A stretch of 64,000 bases of DNA, taken from assembly GCF_006345805.1 (NCBI RefSeq), contig NC_043018.1, forward strand, positions 28,086,001 through 28,150,000. Reading direction: 5' to 3'. This DNA comes from Octopus sinensis (taxonomy: Eukaryota). The first letter of the stretch is position 1. Each line of letters begins with the position of its first letter. Positions 36,322 to 50,663 of this stretch are shown here, piece by piece. The notes under the pieces were generated by a model, which saw nothing but the letters and a program-made list of their open reading frames with translations, did not search any database and was not told the origin of the DNA. The translations under genes and the position numbers were made by a program.

Positions 36322-37479
36322 CGCCGCTGCTGCTCTGACTGTTGATGTTGTTGGTGTTGTTGTTGCTCTTGCTCTCTCCGAAAGCAGTTCATTGATTATT
36401 GTTCAGCTTTTATCTTTTATTGCTTATTAGCTTCAGTCAGTTTACTGTGGCCATGCTGTGGCACAGAGCTTGGCGGGTTTTTTTGTGGAACCACTTGACT
36501 CCAGCAGGTGTTATTAAAGCCTTCTCCTTTTGCAGAACCGATAGCATGTAGGAACCGAAGCAAACTAACACCATTTGTGAATTTGAAGCGACGGGGGAGA
36601 AAACAGACGCAAAGACACATAAATATGCACTCACACAGTCACCACACACACACAAACACATCTATGATGAGCTTCCACCGTATATACGGCGAGCTTCTAC
36701 ACAGTATCTATGAACCAACTTCAGTTACAAAGCATTATTCAACCCGGTTATTGTAGAAGACACTTGGCAAAGCCCGAAACCACGTGACTGGAAAGCGAAC
36801 TTCTTAACCATACAGCTATTCCTGCGCCCAAACATTAAAACAAATTATATAGCGTTAAGGGAGATAATTCAAACGGAACAACGTCATGCATAAAGAAGGG
36901 ATCATTTATTAAGTGACATAGGGAAAATGAATTTTAATTCTATTCTCAATTTTACTTGTGGAACGAAAAGAGAAACCTAACGGTAATAGTTATAAAGTTG
37001 CAGAATAAAGTGGAGATAACTTTAACAGAAGTCAAAATTATTTTAAATGTTAAGAGGCAAACATGATCATTGTTGGCTGTTGCAGATACTCATTGGTCTT
37101 GGGTCTTATTGGCCCTCATCAGTGAAGTAATTTTTAAATAAGATTGATCACCCAACAAAATACTTAGAAAGGTATCCCACAGCCCTAATTCCCTAATTTT
37201 TTTTTTCAAAATGACACGGGTACAAACAGTGAGCTAAGTACGCTTATATATATACCCACACAAGACAGACATCACTAAATACATTGGCACTCATACAGAC
37301 AAACACCCCAATCTTCGCCAGAAACACGCGAACACAGATACAAATGGAAGCACAAGCGCAAGTAGGGATATGCATCATAGAAAGGTAAAATCGGATTAGC
37401 AGAACAGGGGGAGATACGTGAGATAGAGAGGCCGAAAAAGTCAAAAGTTATGTGACAAAGAAACTAAATAATTCTTTCT

Positions 37480-38320
37480 ACTATAGGCAGAAGACCTGAA
37501 ATTTGGGGCAGGGGACAAGTCGATTACATTGACCCCAGAGTTTCACTGGTAATTAATTCATCGACCGCGAAAGAATGAAAGCAAAGTCGACTTTGGCGGA
37601 ATTTGAAATCAGAACGTAGCGACGGGCAAAATACCGCTTAACATTCCGTCCAGCGCGCTAACGATTCTGCCAGATCGCATAATAATTAATTTTTTCTACT
37701 ATAGGCAGAAGGCCTGAAATTTGGGGAGGGGACAAGTCCATTACATCGACCCCAGTGTTTCACTGGTACTTAATTCATCGACGGCGAAAGGATGAAAGCA
37801 AAGTCGATCTCGGTGTAATTTGAACTCAGAACTTAGCGACGGGCGAAATACTGCTAAGCATTTTGTCCAGCGTGCTAACCATTCTGTTAGCAAGCCACCT
37901 TGAAGAAACTAAATAATCTTTTCTACTATAAGCACAAAGCCTGAAACTTGGGAAAGGGGACTAGTCGATCACATTGACCCCAGTGTTTCACTGGTACTTA
38001 ATTTATCGACCCCGAAAAGATGAAATGCAAAATCGACCTCGGCGAATTTTGAACTCAGAACGTAGCGGCAGACGAAATACCTATTTCTTTACTACCCACA
38101 AGGGGCTAAACGCAGAGAGGACAAACAAGGACAGACACACGGATTAAGTCGATTATATCGACCCCAGTGCGTAACTGGTACTTAATTTATCGACCCCGAA
38201 AGGATGAAAGCAAAATCGACCTCGGCGGAATTTGAACTCAGAACGTAACGGCAGACGAAATACTGCTAAGCATTTCGTCCAGCGCGTTAACGATTCTGCC
38301 AAATCGCCACCTTACAGAAA
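37480..38320 (-). mobile_element. Head-to-tail array of about four SINE family 1 copies
   Basis: Repeated TTCTACTATAGGCAGAAG...GTCGATTACATCGACCCCAGTG...GAATTTGAACTCAGAACGTA...GCATT units. Confidence 0.82.
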
Positions 38321-38998
38321 CTAAATAATAATAATAATACTAAAGCTGAAGTGAAGACCAAATGTCCAGTGCGTGTGTTTAAATGGTAAAATATGATCAT
38401 CCCTAAACATAACAATATTTATGTCTTAACTTAAGCAAACAACTTAGTACATTATTTACACTCGACGGATAAGTATTCTCGCCTTGTTTGTTATTCCCAC
38501 AACGTTTCAGGTGATGTACTCTCCAGCTCTGAGAGTACATCTGCCGAAACTTTGTGGTTGTTGCTGCTTCGTATAGAAATCTAGGCGAGTGGGGTCACAA
38601 TCACCACTCTGATAACAAACACGAACAATGGTTTAAAATTTTGAAGCCATTTATTTTCTACTCGTACGTAACATCGTGCAGGTGTACGGAGTGTTTATGC
38701 AAATGTATGGTAGACTACTAAATAAGAAAAATACAAAAATAAGACAAACTTAAATACAAAAATTATTTGAACAGGGTTTTACTGATATTTGACTTTTTGA
38801 TATACAACTTTCTTGTAACAAAGTTTGATTACAAAATACACTCAACATATTTATCATGACTGACACACATGGACGAAAAGTACCAAATGAGGAAACATGC
38901 TGGATGTACTGGAACACTTTCACTCATGGATTCACAATTATCTACACATCATTATATGTCTCAGGTTAATGTAAGGAAAACAACTACGTATAATTAAA

Positions 38999-39436
38999 GG
39001 ATCTTTTCGGTTTGAACGGCAGTTTTTAACATAATTTCTAGGTAACTAAAAAAATTTTAATTTCGTATACTGGTAGAATGTGTTTATAAAGCATATTTTT
39101 CTCTTGGCTTTATTGAGAAAATTCTATAATTTGTAAGATATTTGTTGTTGTATTTTCTTCAATTTCTGCAATTTTAACCAATCAATTACGTTCATTAAGG
39201 TAAAAAACATTTTGTGCCGTATGAATATGTCCCTCGTTTAAGAAACAGATTGGATTTATTTACATTTGTGAAGAAAAAAAGATACCCTTCCCCTCACCCC
39301 TAACCCTAACCAATCCTAACTAACCCTAACACTAAAACAGGTTGAAATGCAATAGATCGATACTAGGGTCATAATTATGGGTGACAATTTCATATGACAC
39401 CCCTAGCAAAAACTACCGTTCAAACCGAAGAGATCC
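38999..39436 (-). mobile_element. Same MITE family, solo copy with perfect 8-bp TSD
   Basis: TAATTAAA|GGATCTTTTCGG...CCGAAGAGATCC|TAATTAAA. Confidence 0.9.
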
Positions 39437-39809
39437 TAATTAAATTATCTTATAAAATTTTTATCAGCTCATCATTCTTGAAGCAGCAGAAAACTGGTCA
39501 CACTGGAACAAAACCATGTTTGCAGTAACATGAAATAAACGAAGGAGAACATTCAGAGATGACAGCGGGTGTTTTCCGAGATATAGATGGACACAAAAAG
39601 CCCTACCCGTTTTTCTGAAAACGAAACAACTTTGATCCCAGATACAAACCGGAAGTGACTCACTTCCGACAAGTTGTGGAAACTAATAGTAAATAGTAAT
39701 ACAATAGGCTTAGCCTTGGGGATAACAGTGGTAACAACAGGAAACTAGGTGAGAATACTAATCCGTCCAATTTAACAAATGTACATAATTCCTCATCTCT
39801 AAAATATAG

Positions 39810-40096
39810 AACAGTACAACTTAATACGTTTATAGTAAAGATCGTTTGCCAACAAACATGGCAATTCTGGGTTAGGACTAATGTTGCTGTAATTTAGCCC
39901 GAGAAGACATCGTCTCAAGCTGGCTATACGACACGATCTGTGTCCTTATATTTTCGAACAAGGGAACATAGGACACAGATCGTGTCGTATAGCCAGCTTG
40001 AGACGATGTCTTCTCGGGCCAAATTACAGCAACATTAGTCCTAAACCAGGATGGCCATGTTATGTTGGCAAACAATCTTTACTACAAAGTACTGTT
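39810..40096. repeat. Fold-back element: ~115-bp inverted arms around a 23-nt spacer
   Basis: TAGTAAAGATCGTTTGCCAAC...ACACGATCTGTGTCCT (to 39946) pairs with AGGACACAGATCGTGT...GTTGGCAAACAATCTTTACTA (from 39970); outer AACAGTAC/GTACTGTT also pair. Confidence 0.88.
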
Positions 40097-40596
40097 GCGG
40101 AATATCTCACGTTGTGAGATTTAAAAATAGCAATTTCCTAATTTAGTATTTTCATATTTCCTATTTAGTACTTTCATATTTGCTTTCATTTTTTTTTTCC
40201 AATTCAGTTATTAACAATATTGCAAATTATGATCAATACTCAACCGACTACATATTGTTTGCGTGTTGTCTGCAGTTTCTTTTGAGAACGGTTTAGAGCC
40301 AATTGTTACGCTTTGATGAATTTTGTTAGAAATTTATATCGAACATCAGTTGCTTTGTCTCGATGGAATTTCCCATTCCTTCTTTCTAATCATTCTTTCC
40401 GAAATGGGAATTCATCCACCTCTGTGAGTTTCTCAGAATATATGCAATCAAATCTGTTATGCAATTTTAATTCGAAAACAGTTCGTACTTCTGTTTGATA
40501 TTCTAATATTTTTTCAAGTGAAACAGTTCAAAATATTTGATGTCTATAATGTTAGTATACACAGCAGCGAATATTACTGTAAAATAAATGAAGTAC

Positions 40597-40637
<41 letters not shown>

Positions 40638-42092
40638 TGTGTGTGTATGTATACGCATGTATGTATGTTATATATGTATATATATACATATATGTATGTA
40701 TATATGTATATATATATATATATGCATATATATATTTTTTTCATTTTACTTTATCTAGTTTCAGCTCATGAGCTGTGGCCATGCTGGGGCACCGCCATTC
40801 GGTGTTGCTACATGATTTTACTTCACGAATGCTTTTTAGCAATTGACATTTGGTGCATATATATATATATATATACATGTTTATCTCTCTCTCTTTCTCT
40901 TTCTTTCTCTCTCCTCTCTCTCTCTGTATATGCGGGGTCTTAATGCTGTTTGACATGTTCAGGTGCTGGAGACAGTTGCTAAGCCTTAAAGGGACAAAGT
41001 ATGAATTAGAAAGTCATACGTGCTTCAACAAGATTCCTCACTTTCTCATAAATTCCGCGTAGCCTAAAAATGTATACCACATACTTTTTATGATCATATA
41101 ACATCAAACTTGTGGCATAGCAAATGGCCAGTCCATATTTTCACAAAAACGCAGCTTCACTGAAGACCGTCATTGTCTGGGTGATGTTCGAAACCAAAAC
41201 GGAAAATTTAGTGCCGTAATATCAATAATTCCAGTCCTACATTGCAGCCGTCATCAAAACTGACGACAAATTCATAAAAATAGCCATATAAGAAAGCTTA
41301 AGGAGAAGGTATGCACTAATTCTTATTAAAATACATCTGCTTTCTACTAAATTAGACTTGTTTCATTAATGTGTCAATATATCCACAGATAACAAGGCGG
41401 CGTGCTGGCAGAAAAGTTAGCGGTATTTCGTCTCTCTTTACGTTCTGAGTTCAAATTCCGCTGAGGTCGACTTTGTCTATCATCTTTTCGAGGTCGACTT
41501 TGTCTTTCATTCTTTCTAGGTCGATAATTTAAGTATTATCGACTGGCCCCCTCTCCCAAAATTTTGGCTTTGTGCCTAGTTTAGAAAAGAATATATCCAA
41601 AGAATAACACTAACACTCCATACATACACACACCTACACACGCACGCACACATATATATGAGCGATTATTGAAACAGAAGATGGAATTGGAATAACTCTT
41701 TATTAAATACAACGATCGTTTCGATCCATCCTGCGACTGTCCTTTATGGATGGGATGCTGTGCATCATTTTGTGTTGCCCAAATTTTTCAGTCTGTGTCA
41801 TATCAGGTACGTTCATACATAAAGTGGTCTCTCGCTGAAGATCGTGATTTTGGACAGCCATGTTGTTCTTTGCCCTCTTCACTTAAGGAATGAGGTAATG
41901 CTACGATTGCCCTCATTATTAAATATCCGTAACAAATCATATTAAATAATTGCAAATATAAACATAGAAACTGCCGACAAGAAAGAACAAGAAAAGGAAA
42001 ATGTTTATACAAGGGAAAGTAAATGGGAGAGGGATAGAGATAGGATGGGACCTGTGGGGGTAGAATTAGATTACATTAATCATAAAGTAGTG

Positions 42093-42330
42093 GAGGCGCG
42101 TGGCTTAGTGGTTAGGGTGTTGAACTCATGACCGTAAGGTTGTGGTTTCGATTCCTGGACCGGGTGATGCGTTCTGTTCTTGAGCAAAACACTTCATTTT
42201 CACATTGCTCCAGTCCACTCAGCTGGCAAAAATGAGTAATCCTGCGACGGACCGGCGTTCCAGGGGATTTTCTACACCACTGAAACCGGGAAACCGGCCC
42301 TTATGAGCCTGGCATGTCTCGAGAAGGAAC
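42093..42330 (+). mobile_element. tRNA-derived SINE; its 3' tail is shared with the SINE at 7608-7920
   Basis: GTGGAGGCGCGTGGCTTAGTGGTTAGGG head, GGTTTCGATTCC B-box, tail GAAACCGGGAAACCGGCCCTTATGA...CTCGAGAAGGAAC. Confidence 0.75.
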
Positions 42331-43008
42331 ATTTTTTAAAAATTATAAAGTAAGGCGAGGGTACTACAAGAAAAAGACATAAAAATTATATGCAAGCGGA
42401 AGTGTCTGGGAGAGCGATATAGATAGAATGAGGAAGGATTAGATTGCATTAAGTTTAAAGCGAGAGAAGGTTACTACACTTGCTAACACGGGTCGGGATA
42501 TGTATAGACACATGCATTCACTCACAGTCACACACATACACACCTGTACATGCACCCACACAGAGTGTAGGCACCCACATTCATATAGAGATTGCATCCT
42601 GCAATGAATGATTAGCTATTGATGAGGTATTTGTCTTGAGCTTTAAAAGCTGGATAACTCTGGATTAATAAATATTAAAAGTCCTTAAATACAGTATTAA
42701 GTAAACTTTAATCTAAAGATGTTATGTGTGCGATTGTATTGAGTTCTTGCTTTCTCTGGAGTTTTTACGACATTAATGAAATCAAATATCCTTCATCACT
42801 AACTTTGATTTGAAACATTTCCGCAATATTCGCTTCTGGTAGATTTCAACATTTTAGTACGGTGTTTTCTGTCATGGAGGAATGTTTCGGAATCTTTCAA
42901 AGCGAAATTAGATCAGATTAACCAACCAGAACAGGATTGTATAGATAGATGCATACTTACATTCGAATGTACGTACGTACATACGTACGTATATACCTAC
43001 ATACTTAT

Positions 43009-43039
<31 letters not shown>

Positions 43040-43230
43040 CTCACACACGAAGACATGTATCTGCATACAGACATGTATGCCAACGCGTGTAAGTGTATAC
43101 GTATGAGTGCGTATTTGTGTACGTGTGTGTGTATACGTGTGTGTATGTACCTGGTTGCGTGTGGGCATCTGAAAGTACAATTATAGAATTATACTTGTCT
43201 AAATTCTAGTTACACTCAGAAATATATACA

Positions 43231-43264
<34 letters not shown>

Positions 43265-43287
43265 CATATATATATAGACACACACAC

Positions 43288-43334
<47 letters not shown>

Positions 43335-43493
43335 CATACATACATGTATATATGTATATAATATATATATATTGACATATATTATATAAAAATATGGATA
43401 TATTGTTACGTATATATATTTATTATTTTTATGTATATATATGTATATACATTATTCTCTCTCTCTCTCTCTTTATATATATATATATTTATG

Positions 43494-43543
<50 letters not shown>

Positions 43544-44603
43544 ATATATGTATATACATACAGATGTATGATTGTGTGCTTGTCTACAATTCTATGTATG
43601 CACATTAACACATACGTATATGAATACAAAAATATCTATATGAATACATAAATATGCGCTACACATCCAAGCACACACACACACACACATCTCATACACA
43701 CACGTGTACACATTTCCGAGAGGACTTCATCGACGCACAAAACACAAGGAAAAAAAATATATATACAAGATTGTCGAAAAAATATATACAAAAGAAAACG
43801 AATAGAATAATGTTTGGTTGAAAAAAAAACCATTAATAAATTCTAGAAAAAAATAACATACATATACACACAGAAAAGCCGTGATAAAAAATACATCGAT
43901 TAAACTAGATAAAAGGCAAATAAAATATAGAACGGAACATATATATATATGTGTATGTATGTATATTCATGGTAAGTTATATTGTAGGAGATATTATCAT
44001 TGTGGGTAAAAAAAGATTGAAGAGGATTCTTTGATGCTATCTTTAATCTTTTACCATTCTTTTGTGTATTAAAAGAAGTTTACTAGGAATGAGATGGTGT
44101 TGACTTATTCGATAAGAATAATTCTAGATTGGTGAAATCCGCATGGCGCGGTTTAGTGTTACAGCTTAAGGAGTTTGAATGTGATAAGACCGATTACGGA
44201 GGAGGTAAAGGTGTGAGAGAGTGACAAATAAATAAGGAGAGAGAGAGAGAGAAGGAGGAGATGGGGGAAAGAGACGGTGAGGCAAAGTAAAAATGGCGGC
44301 GAGAAAGTAAATGGTAGAGAGAAAGAGAGAGCCTGACAGAGAACAAGTGTGTATGTATGTATGTATGTATGTATGTATATATGTATGTATGATTGTCTGT
44401 AAGTATGTATGTATGTATGTATGCATGTATATATTTGTATATCTATCTGTCGATCTATCTATCCCCCTCTCTCTGTGTCTCTGTCTGCTTCTCTGTCTCT
44501 TTCACTCTCTCTTCCACATCCCATTCTTACTTTCTCTTTCTCTCTCTCTCTCTTTCTCTTTATATATATCTCATTTTTTCTCTCCTTGTTTTTTTTTCTG
44601 TGT

Positions 44604-44643
44604 GTCTTTCTGTCGAAGAGCGTAGGCTCGAAACGTAAAAGAC
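44604..44643 (+). ncRNA. Minimal type I hammerhead-like motif (core CUGUCGA plus extra A)
   Basis: GTCTTT CTGTCGA A GAGC-GTAG-GCTC GAAA CG TA AAAGAC; perfect 6-bp stem I, 4-bp stem II, palindrome ACGT. Confidence 0.55.
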
Positions 44644-44752
44644 TTTTTCTATTTCTATTCCTGAGCGCTATACATTTGTTTGTACTCCACCTTCCTTCGT
44701 CTTTTGTTTATTTTCGTAAACTTTCCCTTTATTATATATATATATATATATT

Positions 44753-44806
<54 letters not shown>

Positions 44807-45883
44807 GTAAAAGGAGAGGGGGAAACATGCAGAGAGAAGTTTTCTTTATACCAGTCCTTGGAAAATGGGTCAGGAGCAATCCTTAATGAACACCCCTATT
44901 TGTCTTCAGTAAAGGCAGCGAGCTGGTAGAACCGATAGAACGCCGGAAAATTTGTTGAGCGACATTTTTTTCCGTCTTAACATTCTGAGCTCAGATTCCG
45001 CAGGGGTCGACTTTGCCTTTTTTTCTTTCTGTTTCCCTGAAATAGGTAAGAGTCAATCACATTATTTCAAGTGAAATAACTCAAGTGTATTACATGTCCT
45101 ACACTTGCGTTATTGCAGTCGAAACCGAAACACGCCCACCACCTCTAAACTTGGCTTTAATTTTACATTCTGGGTCAGGACAAAGACGTACCCATTATTT
45201 TCACAGACCCATCTAAACTGATGAATCTGATGTCCTTAAAGTGCTTCTTGAAGTGCCTTGCAAGACATCTGTGGGTAAACATGACCTAGGAGAATACCGC
45301 TAAGCATTTCGCCCGGCGTGCTAACGTTTCTGCCAGCTCGCCACCTTGATTTATATATCTCTTGCAATTATTACTTTAGGAAGAAGGCGGAGAGCTGGCA
45401 GAAACGCTAGCACGCCGGGCGAAATGCGTAGCTGTATTTCGTCTGCCGTTACGTTCTGAGATCAAATTCCGTTACGTTCTGAGTTCAAATTCCGCCGAGT
45501 TCGACTTTGCTGTTCATCCTTTCGGGGTCAATAAATTAAGAACCACGTACGCATTGGGGTCGATGTAATCGACTTAATCCGTTTGTCCATCCTTGTTTGT
45601 CCTCTCTGTGCTTAGCCCCTTGCTGGTAGTTAAGAAATAGGTATACTGACTGTCTTTACGTTCTGATTTCAAAATCCGCCGAGGTCGGCATTGCCTTTCG
45701 TCCTTTCGGCGTCGATAAATTAAGTACTGATTGCGTACTGGGGTCGATCTAATCGACTGGCCCACACTAATTTCAGGCCATTAACACAGAATAGAAAAAG
45801 TTATTACTTTGGGAAGGATTTGTATTCTAGAGTATATACCCGTACAGACATCGCATCGTTACTTACGTAGCCACACATGGAGG

Positions 45884-45918
<35 letters not shown>

Positions 45919-45982
45919 TAATATATGTATGTTATGCATACGTATATGTCTGTATAAATATGAGCGTGTATGCTTATATCTA

Positions 45983-46025
<43 letters not shown>

Positions 46026-46052
46026 TATATATGCTTACATGTGTATACACAG

Positions 46053-46111
<59 letters not shown>

Positions 46112-46132
46112 CATACATATATACACACACTC

Positions 46133-46163
<31 letters not shown>

Positions 46164-46293
46164 CTTATATATATATACATATATATATATATGTATATAT
46201 ACGTATATATATATATATATATATGTAGGTATATATACACATATATATGTAGACATACAGATATGTATGTAAGTCTATGTATGTATGTATTAT

Positions 46294-46327
<34 letters not shown>

Positions 46328-46538
46328 CACAATACATACATATATTTGTGTGTTGTATATATGTACACACACACACAGACACACGCACTCACACACACAT
46401 ATACTTGAGTATACATATAGAAATATATTCTAAAATATACAGGTTTTCGCTGGCGGCGAAAGTAAACAAATTTATATTTTTAGTTATCAAAATGGAAGTT
46501 GTTCTTGAGTTAGAACCAGGGTGTACGTGCAGTTGTAT

Positions 46539-46599
<61 letters not shown>

Positions 46600-46617
46600 A
46601 TATCTATCTATCTGTCG

Positions 46618-46673
<56 letters not shown>

Positions 46674-46679
46674 GTATGT

Positions 46680-46740
<61 letters not shown>

Positions 46741-47406
46741 CGTATGTATATGTACATACATACCTACCTACTCACCTATATATATATATATATATGTGTG
46801 TGTCTGTGTGTGTTTCCTCTAACTATGGTATGAGAAAATGTCACATTTTTATCATGCAAACGAAAGTTGTTGAAATTACTTAAATGCTAATACTACAGAG
46901 GATAACAGAAATAGTATCCATGGTAACAGCGCAGCAGCGTAACATCTATTTCATAACACCTGATGGGGGTGGCTTTGTAGTGTGTAGCTCGCTTACCAAC
47001 CACATAGTTCCGGGTTCAGTCCCACTTCGTGACATCTTGAGCAAGTGTCTTCTAAAGCCTCGGGCCGACCAAAACCTTGTGAGTGGATTTGGTAGACGGA
47101 AAATGAAAGAATCCTGCCGCGTATGTGTGTGTGTGCGCGCGCGTTTGTGTGTGTGTGTTTTGTGTGTCTGCGTTTCTATCCCAACCATCATTGACAACCG
47201 ATGTTGCTGTGTTTACGTCCCTGTAAGTTAGCGGTTCGGCAAAAGAGACCAATAGAATAAGTACCAGGCTTAGAAAGATACGTCATGGGGTCGATTTGCT
47301 CGACTAAAGGCGGTCAAATGATTGAAACAAGTTAAAGAGTGAAAGAGTAAAAGAGTAACGGTTTGGAAATCTAAGCTTCCGTTAAATTTGAAATGTCACT
47401 TCTTTC

Positions 47407-47831
47407 AGGTGGTTGTGCAGTCAGTTCTGTCATATGGATATAAAACACGGAATCTAACAAAGTGATTAGAAACGGAAATTGACGGAACTTGTCCAAGAAT
47501 GATTCAAGCTGTTCTAGACATCTTCACGAGACAACGTCATTGGAAAGGACTTCTGTATTGTAATTTACCAGCAATATCGCATGCCACCAGAGAAAGAAAG
47601 ACAAAATAAGCAAGATGTTGCTGGAGAGAAGAAAAAGATGAAGTTATCAGAGACGTTCTTCTTAGGGAACCGAAGTATGTGTACGCAAATGCTGGTAGAC
47701 CACATCGAGCATACATAACGCAACAGTGCGAGGACTCGGAGTGCAACCGGAAGACTTACCACGTACGATGCGGACCGAAGGTTACTGGAAGGAACGAGTT
47801 ACGGCAATCCGTGCAAATAACCACGACCGGG

Positions 47832-47880
<49 letters not shown>

Positions 47881-47955
47881 GGTGATGATGATGATGATGA
47901 TGATGATGACGATGATGATGATGATGACGATGATGATGATGATGATGACGATGAC

Positions 47956-47992
<37 letters not shown>

Positions 47993-48012
47993 ATGATTAT
48001 GATGATGATAGT
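47407..48012 (+). mobile_element. RTE/RTEX-type LINE 3' fragment with (GAT)n tail
   Basis: Degenerate VVQSVLSYG...LETEIDGTCPRMIQAVL...LYCNLPAIS...CWR..DEVIRDVLLREPK...GRP...WKERV, followed immediately by (GAT)n. Confidence 0.75.
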
Positions 48013-48282
48013 GATGGGGATTATGATGATATATGGTGACAATGGAAACTTTACAATTCGAAACTTAGAAAGTGAAAGTGTTTGTATGAGAGAAAAGAAC
48101 AAGACAGAGTTGACGCACAGAAAACTACAAAATAGGAGGAAAACAATGTAACTGTGTGATGTTGAGGTAATATGTTTAGAAGACTCTCTCAAAGAAAGAA
48201 AATTAAAGTTACAAATAGAGAACAAGATGTGAGTACATTGACGGAATCTACAGATTATCATCATCATCATCATCATCATCAT

Positions 48283-48875
48283 TGAGTGAGGGAGCAGTGT
48301 ATGCCGTCAAAATGACACTGGGGTAAAATACACGAAGCCCAATATACCCATGAATCTGATGAGGGTACACCAGGCACATGCATCGCAACCAGATGTGCAC
48401 ATGGTGATCTCATATCAAGATAAACAGCGTATGACTTGCAGGTGGGGGCCCAACTAGAATTTTTTTCAGGTCGACTAGTCCATCCCGCCCAAGCAAGTGA
48501 CAAGCAAATCTATGGTATTGAGTAGGCGAGCTGGCAGAAACGTTAGCACGCCGGGCGAAATGCTTAGCGGTATTTCGTCTGCGTTACGTTGTGAGTTCAA
48601 ATTCCGCCGAGGTCGACTTTGCCTTTCATCCTTTCGGGGTCGATAAATTAAGTACCAGTTACGCACTGGGGTCGATGTAATCGACTTAATACCTATGTCT
48701 GTCCTTGTTTGTCCCCTCTGTGTTTAGCCCCTTGTGGGTAATAAAGAAATAGGTATTGAGTAGAATATCTGTTGTAGCCCATCTTTTATACCAAGACAAA
48801 ACAATCTACATAACACTCAGAATCAGTTAAGATCAGAAGTCATGAGAGCCCCTGCCTGGTATTGCATCAGGGCAT
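48283..48875 (-). mobile_element. ~550-bp non-coding element (family 4), interrupted by SINE family 1 (TSD GGTATTGAGTAG)
   Basis: Reverse complement of 62470-63025; flanked by (ATC)n/(ATT)n. Confidence 0.82.
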
Positions 48876-49009
48876 ATCATCATCATCATCATCAACATTA
48901 TTATTATTGTTATTATTTTCATTAGAAACACACTGTATACATTAATAAGCCATTAAAATAGACACACCAGATTGTTCATTTACAAAGTCATGTGATAAAG
49001 AAATATTTT

Positions 49010-49040
<31 letters not shown>

Positions 49041-49189
49041 TTATTATTATTATTACTTTTCTTCTTCTTTTTTTTTTTCTTCTTCTTTTTTTCTTTTTCT
49101 TCTTCTTTTTTTCTTTTTCTTCTTCTTTTTTTCTTTTTCTTCTTTTTTTTTTTTTCTTCTTCTGCTTCTTCTTCTTCTTCTTCTTCTAC

Positions 49190-49245
<56 letters not shown>

Positions 49246-49510
49246 ACATATTTGGCTTTTGTGTTTGTACAAGTTGACACTAAGTCTTGCCCAGAGACCG
49301 CATTAGACAACAATTAAGAAGTTCTTACTTTTCGTTTTCGCACAGAGAGTTGTTCTAGAGTGTTACAATAGAAGAAACTAAAAGAAAATCAGAAGATTGT
49401 TTTAAAATTAATTTGATGATAAGATAATGGCGTGATCTTAAAAGAGAGTAAAAGGTGTTTGCTATTATTTACATTTAAAAGTACTTTTGATGATGTTTAC
49501 AGATTAAATC

Positions 49511-49547
<37 letters not shown>

Positions 49548-49561
49548 ATTATTATTATTAA

Positions 49562-49625
<64 letters not shown>

Positions 49626-49657
49626 GTTATCATTATCATCATTATTATTATTATTAT

Positions 49658-50578
49658 TGAGTGAGAGAGCAGTGCATGCCATCAAAGTGACACTGGGGTA
49701 AAATATACGAAGCCCAATATACCCATCATGACTACCCGTCTGATAAGGTACACCAGGCACATGTATCACAACCATATGTGCGCGGACATGGTGATCTCAT
49801 ATCAAGATAAACAGCACATGACCTTGCAGGTGGGGCCCAGTTAGAATTTTCTTCAGGTTGAGTAGCCCATCCCGCTCAAAAGGTCCCTGAATAAGGGTTG
49901 TTTAAGGATGTTGAAAGAACTACCCATGTTTCCAGAGGTGAATTATTCAAACCCCAAAGAATCCCTCTCAACACATGGCTATGATGCTCCCCCACTACTT
50001 CTGCTCGTGATCAGAGATGCACATATCGTCAGCCACTAAGGAACATGCTCAACTGGTTAAGGTCAAACAACCGACAAGCAAATCTGTGGTATTGAGCAGA
50101 ATATTTGCTGTAGCCCATCTTTTATACCTTATTATTATTATTATTATCATTATTATTATTATTATTATTGAGTGAGAGAGCAATGCATGCCATCAAAGTG
50201 ACACAGGGGTAAAATATACGAAGCCCAGTATACCCATCATGACTACCCGTCTGATAAGGGTACACCAGGCACATGTATCACAACATATGTGCGCGACATG
50301 GTGATCTCATATCAAGATAAACAGCGCATGACCTTGCGGGGGGGCCCAGTTAGAATTTTTTCTGTTGGGTAACCCATCCCACTCAAAAGGTCCCTGATTA
50401 AGGGTTGTTAAGGATGTTGAATGAAACACCCATGTTTCCAGAGGTGAATCATTCAACCTCAAAGAATCCCTCTCAACACATGGCTATGATGCTCCCCCAC
50501 TACTTCTGCTCGTGATCATAGATGCACATATCGTCAGCCACTAAGGGACATGCTCGACTGGTTAAGGTCAAACAACTG
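49658..50578 (-). mobile_element. Two 5'-truncated family 4 copies in tandem (49658-50128, 50169-50578) within (ATT)n
   Basis: Both retain the TGAGTGAGAGAGC end and are truncated at the other end; separated and flanked by (ATT)n. Confidence 0.85.
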
Positions 50579-50614
50579 TTATTATTATTATTATAATAAT
50601 TATTATTATTATTA

Positions 50615-50663
<49 letters not shown>

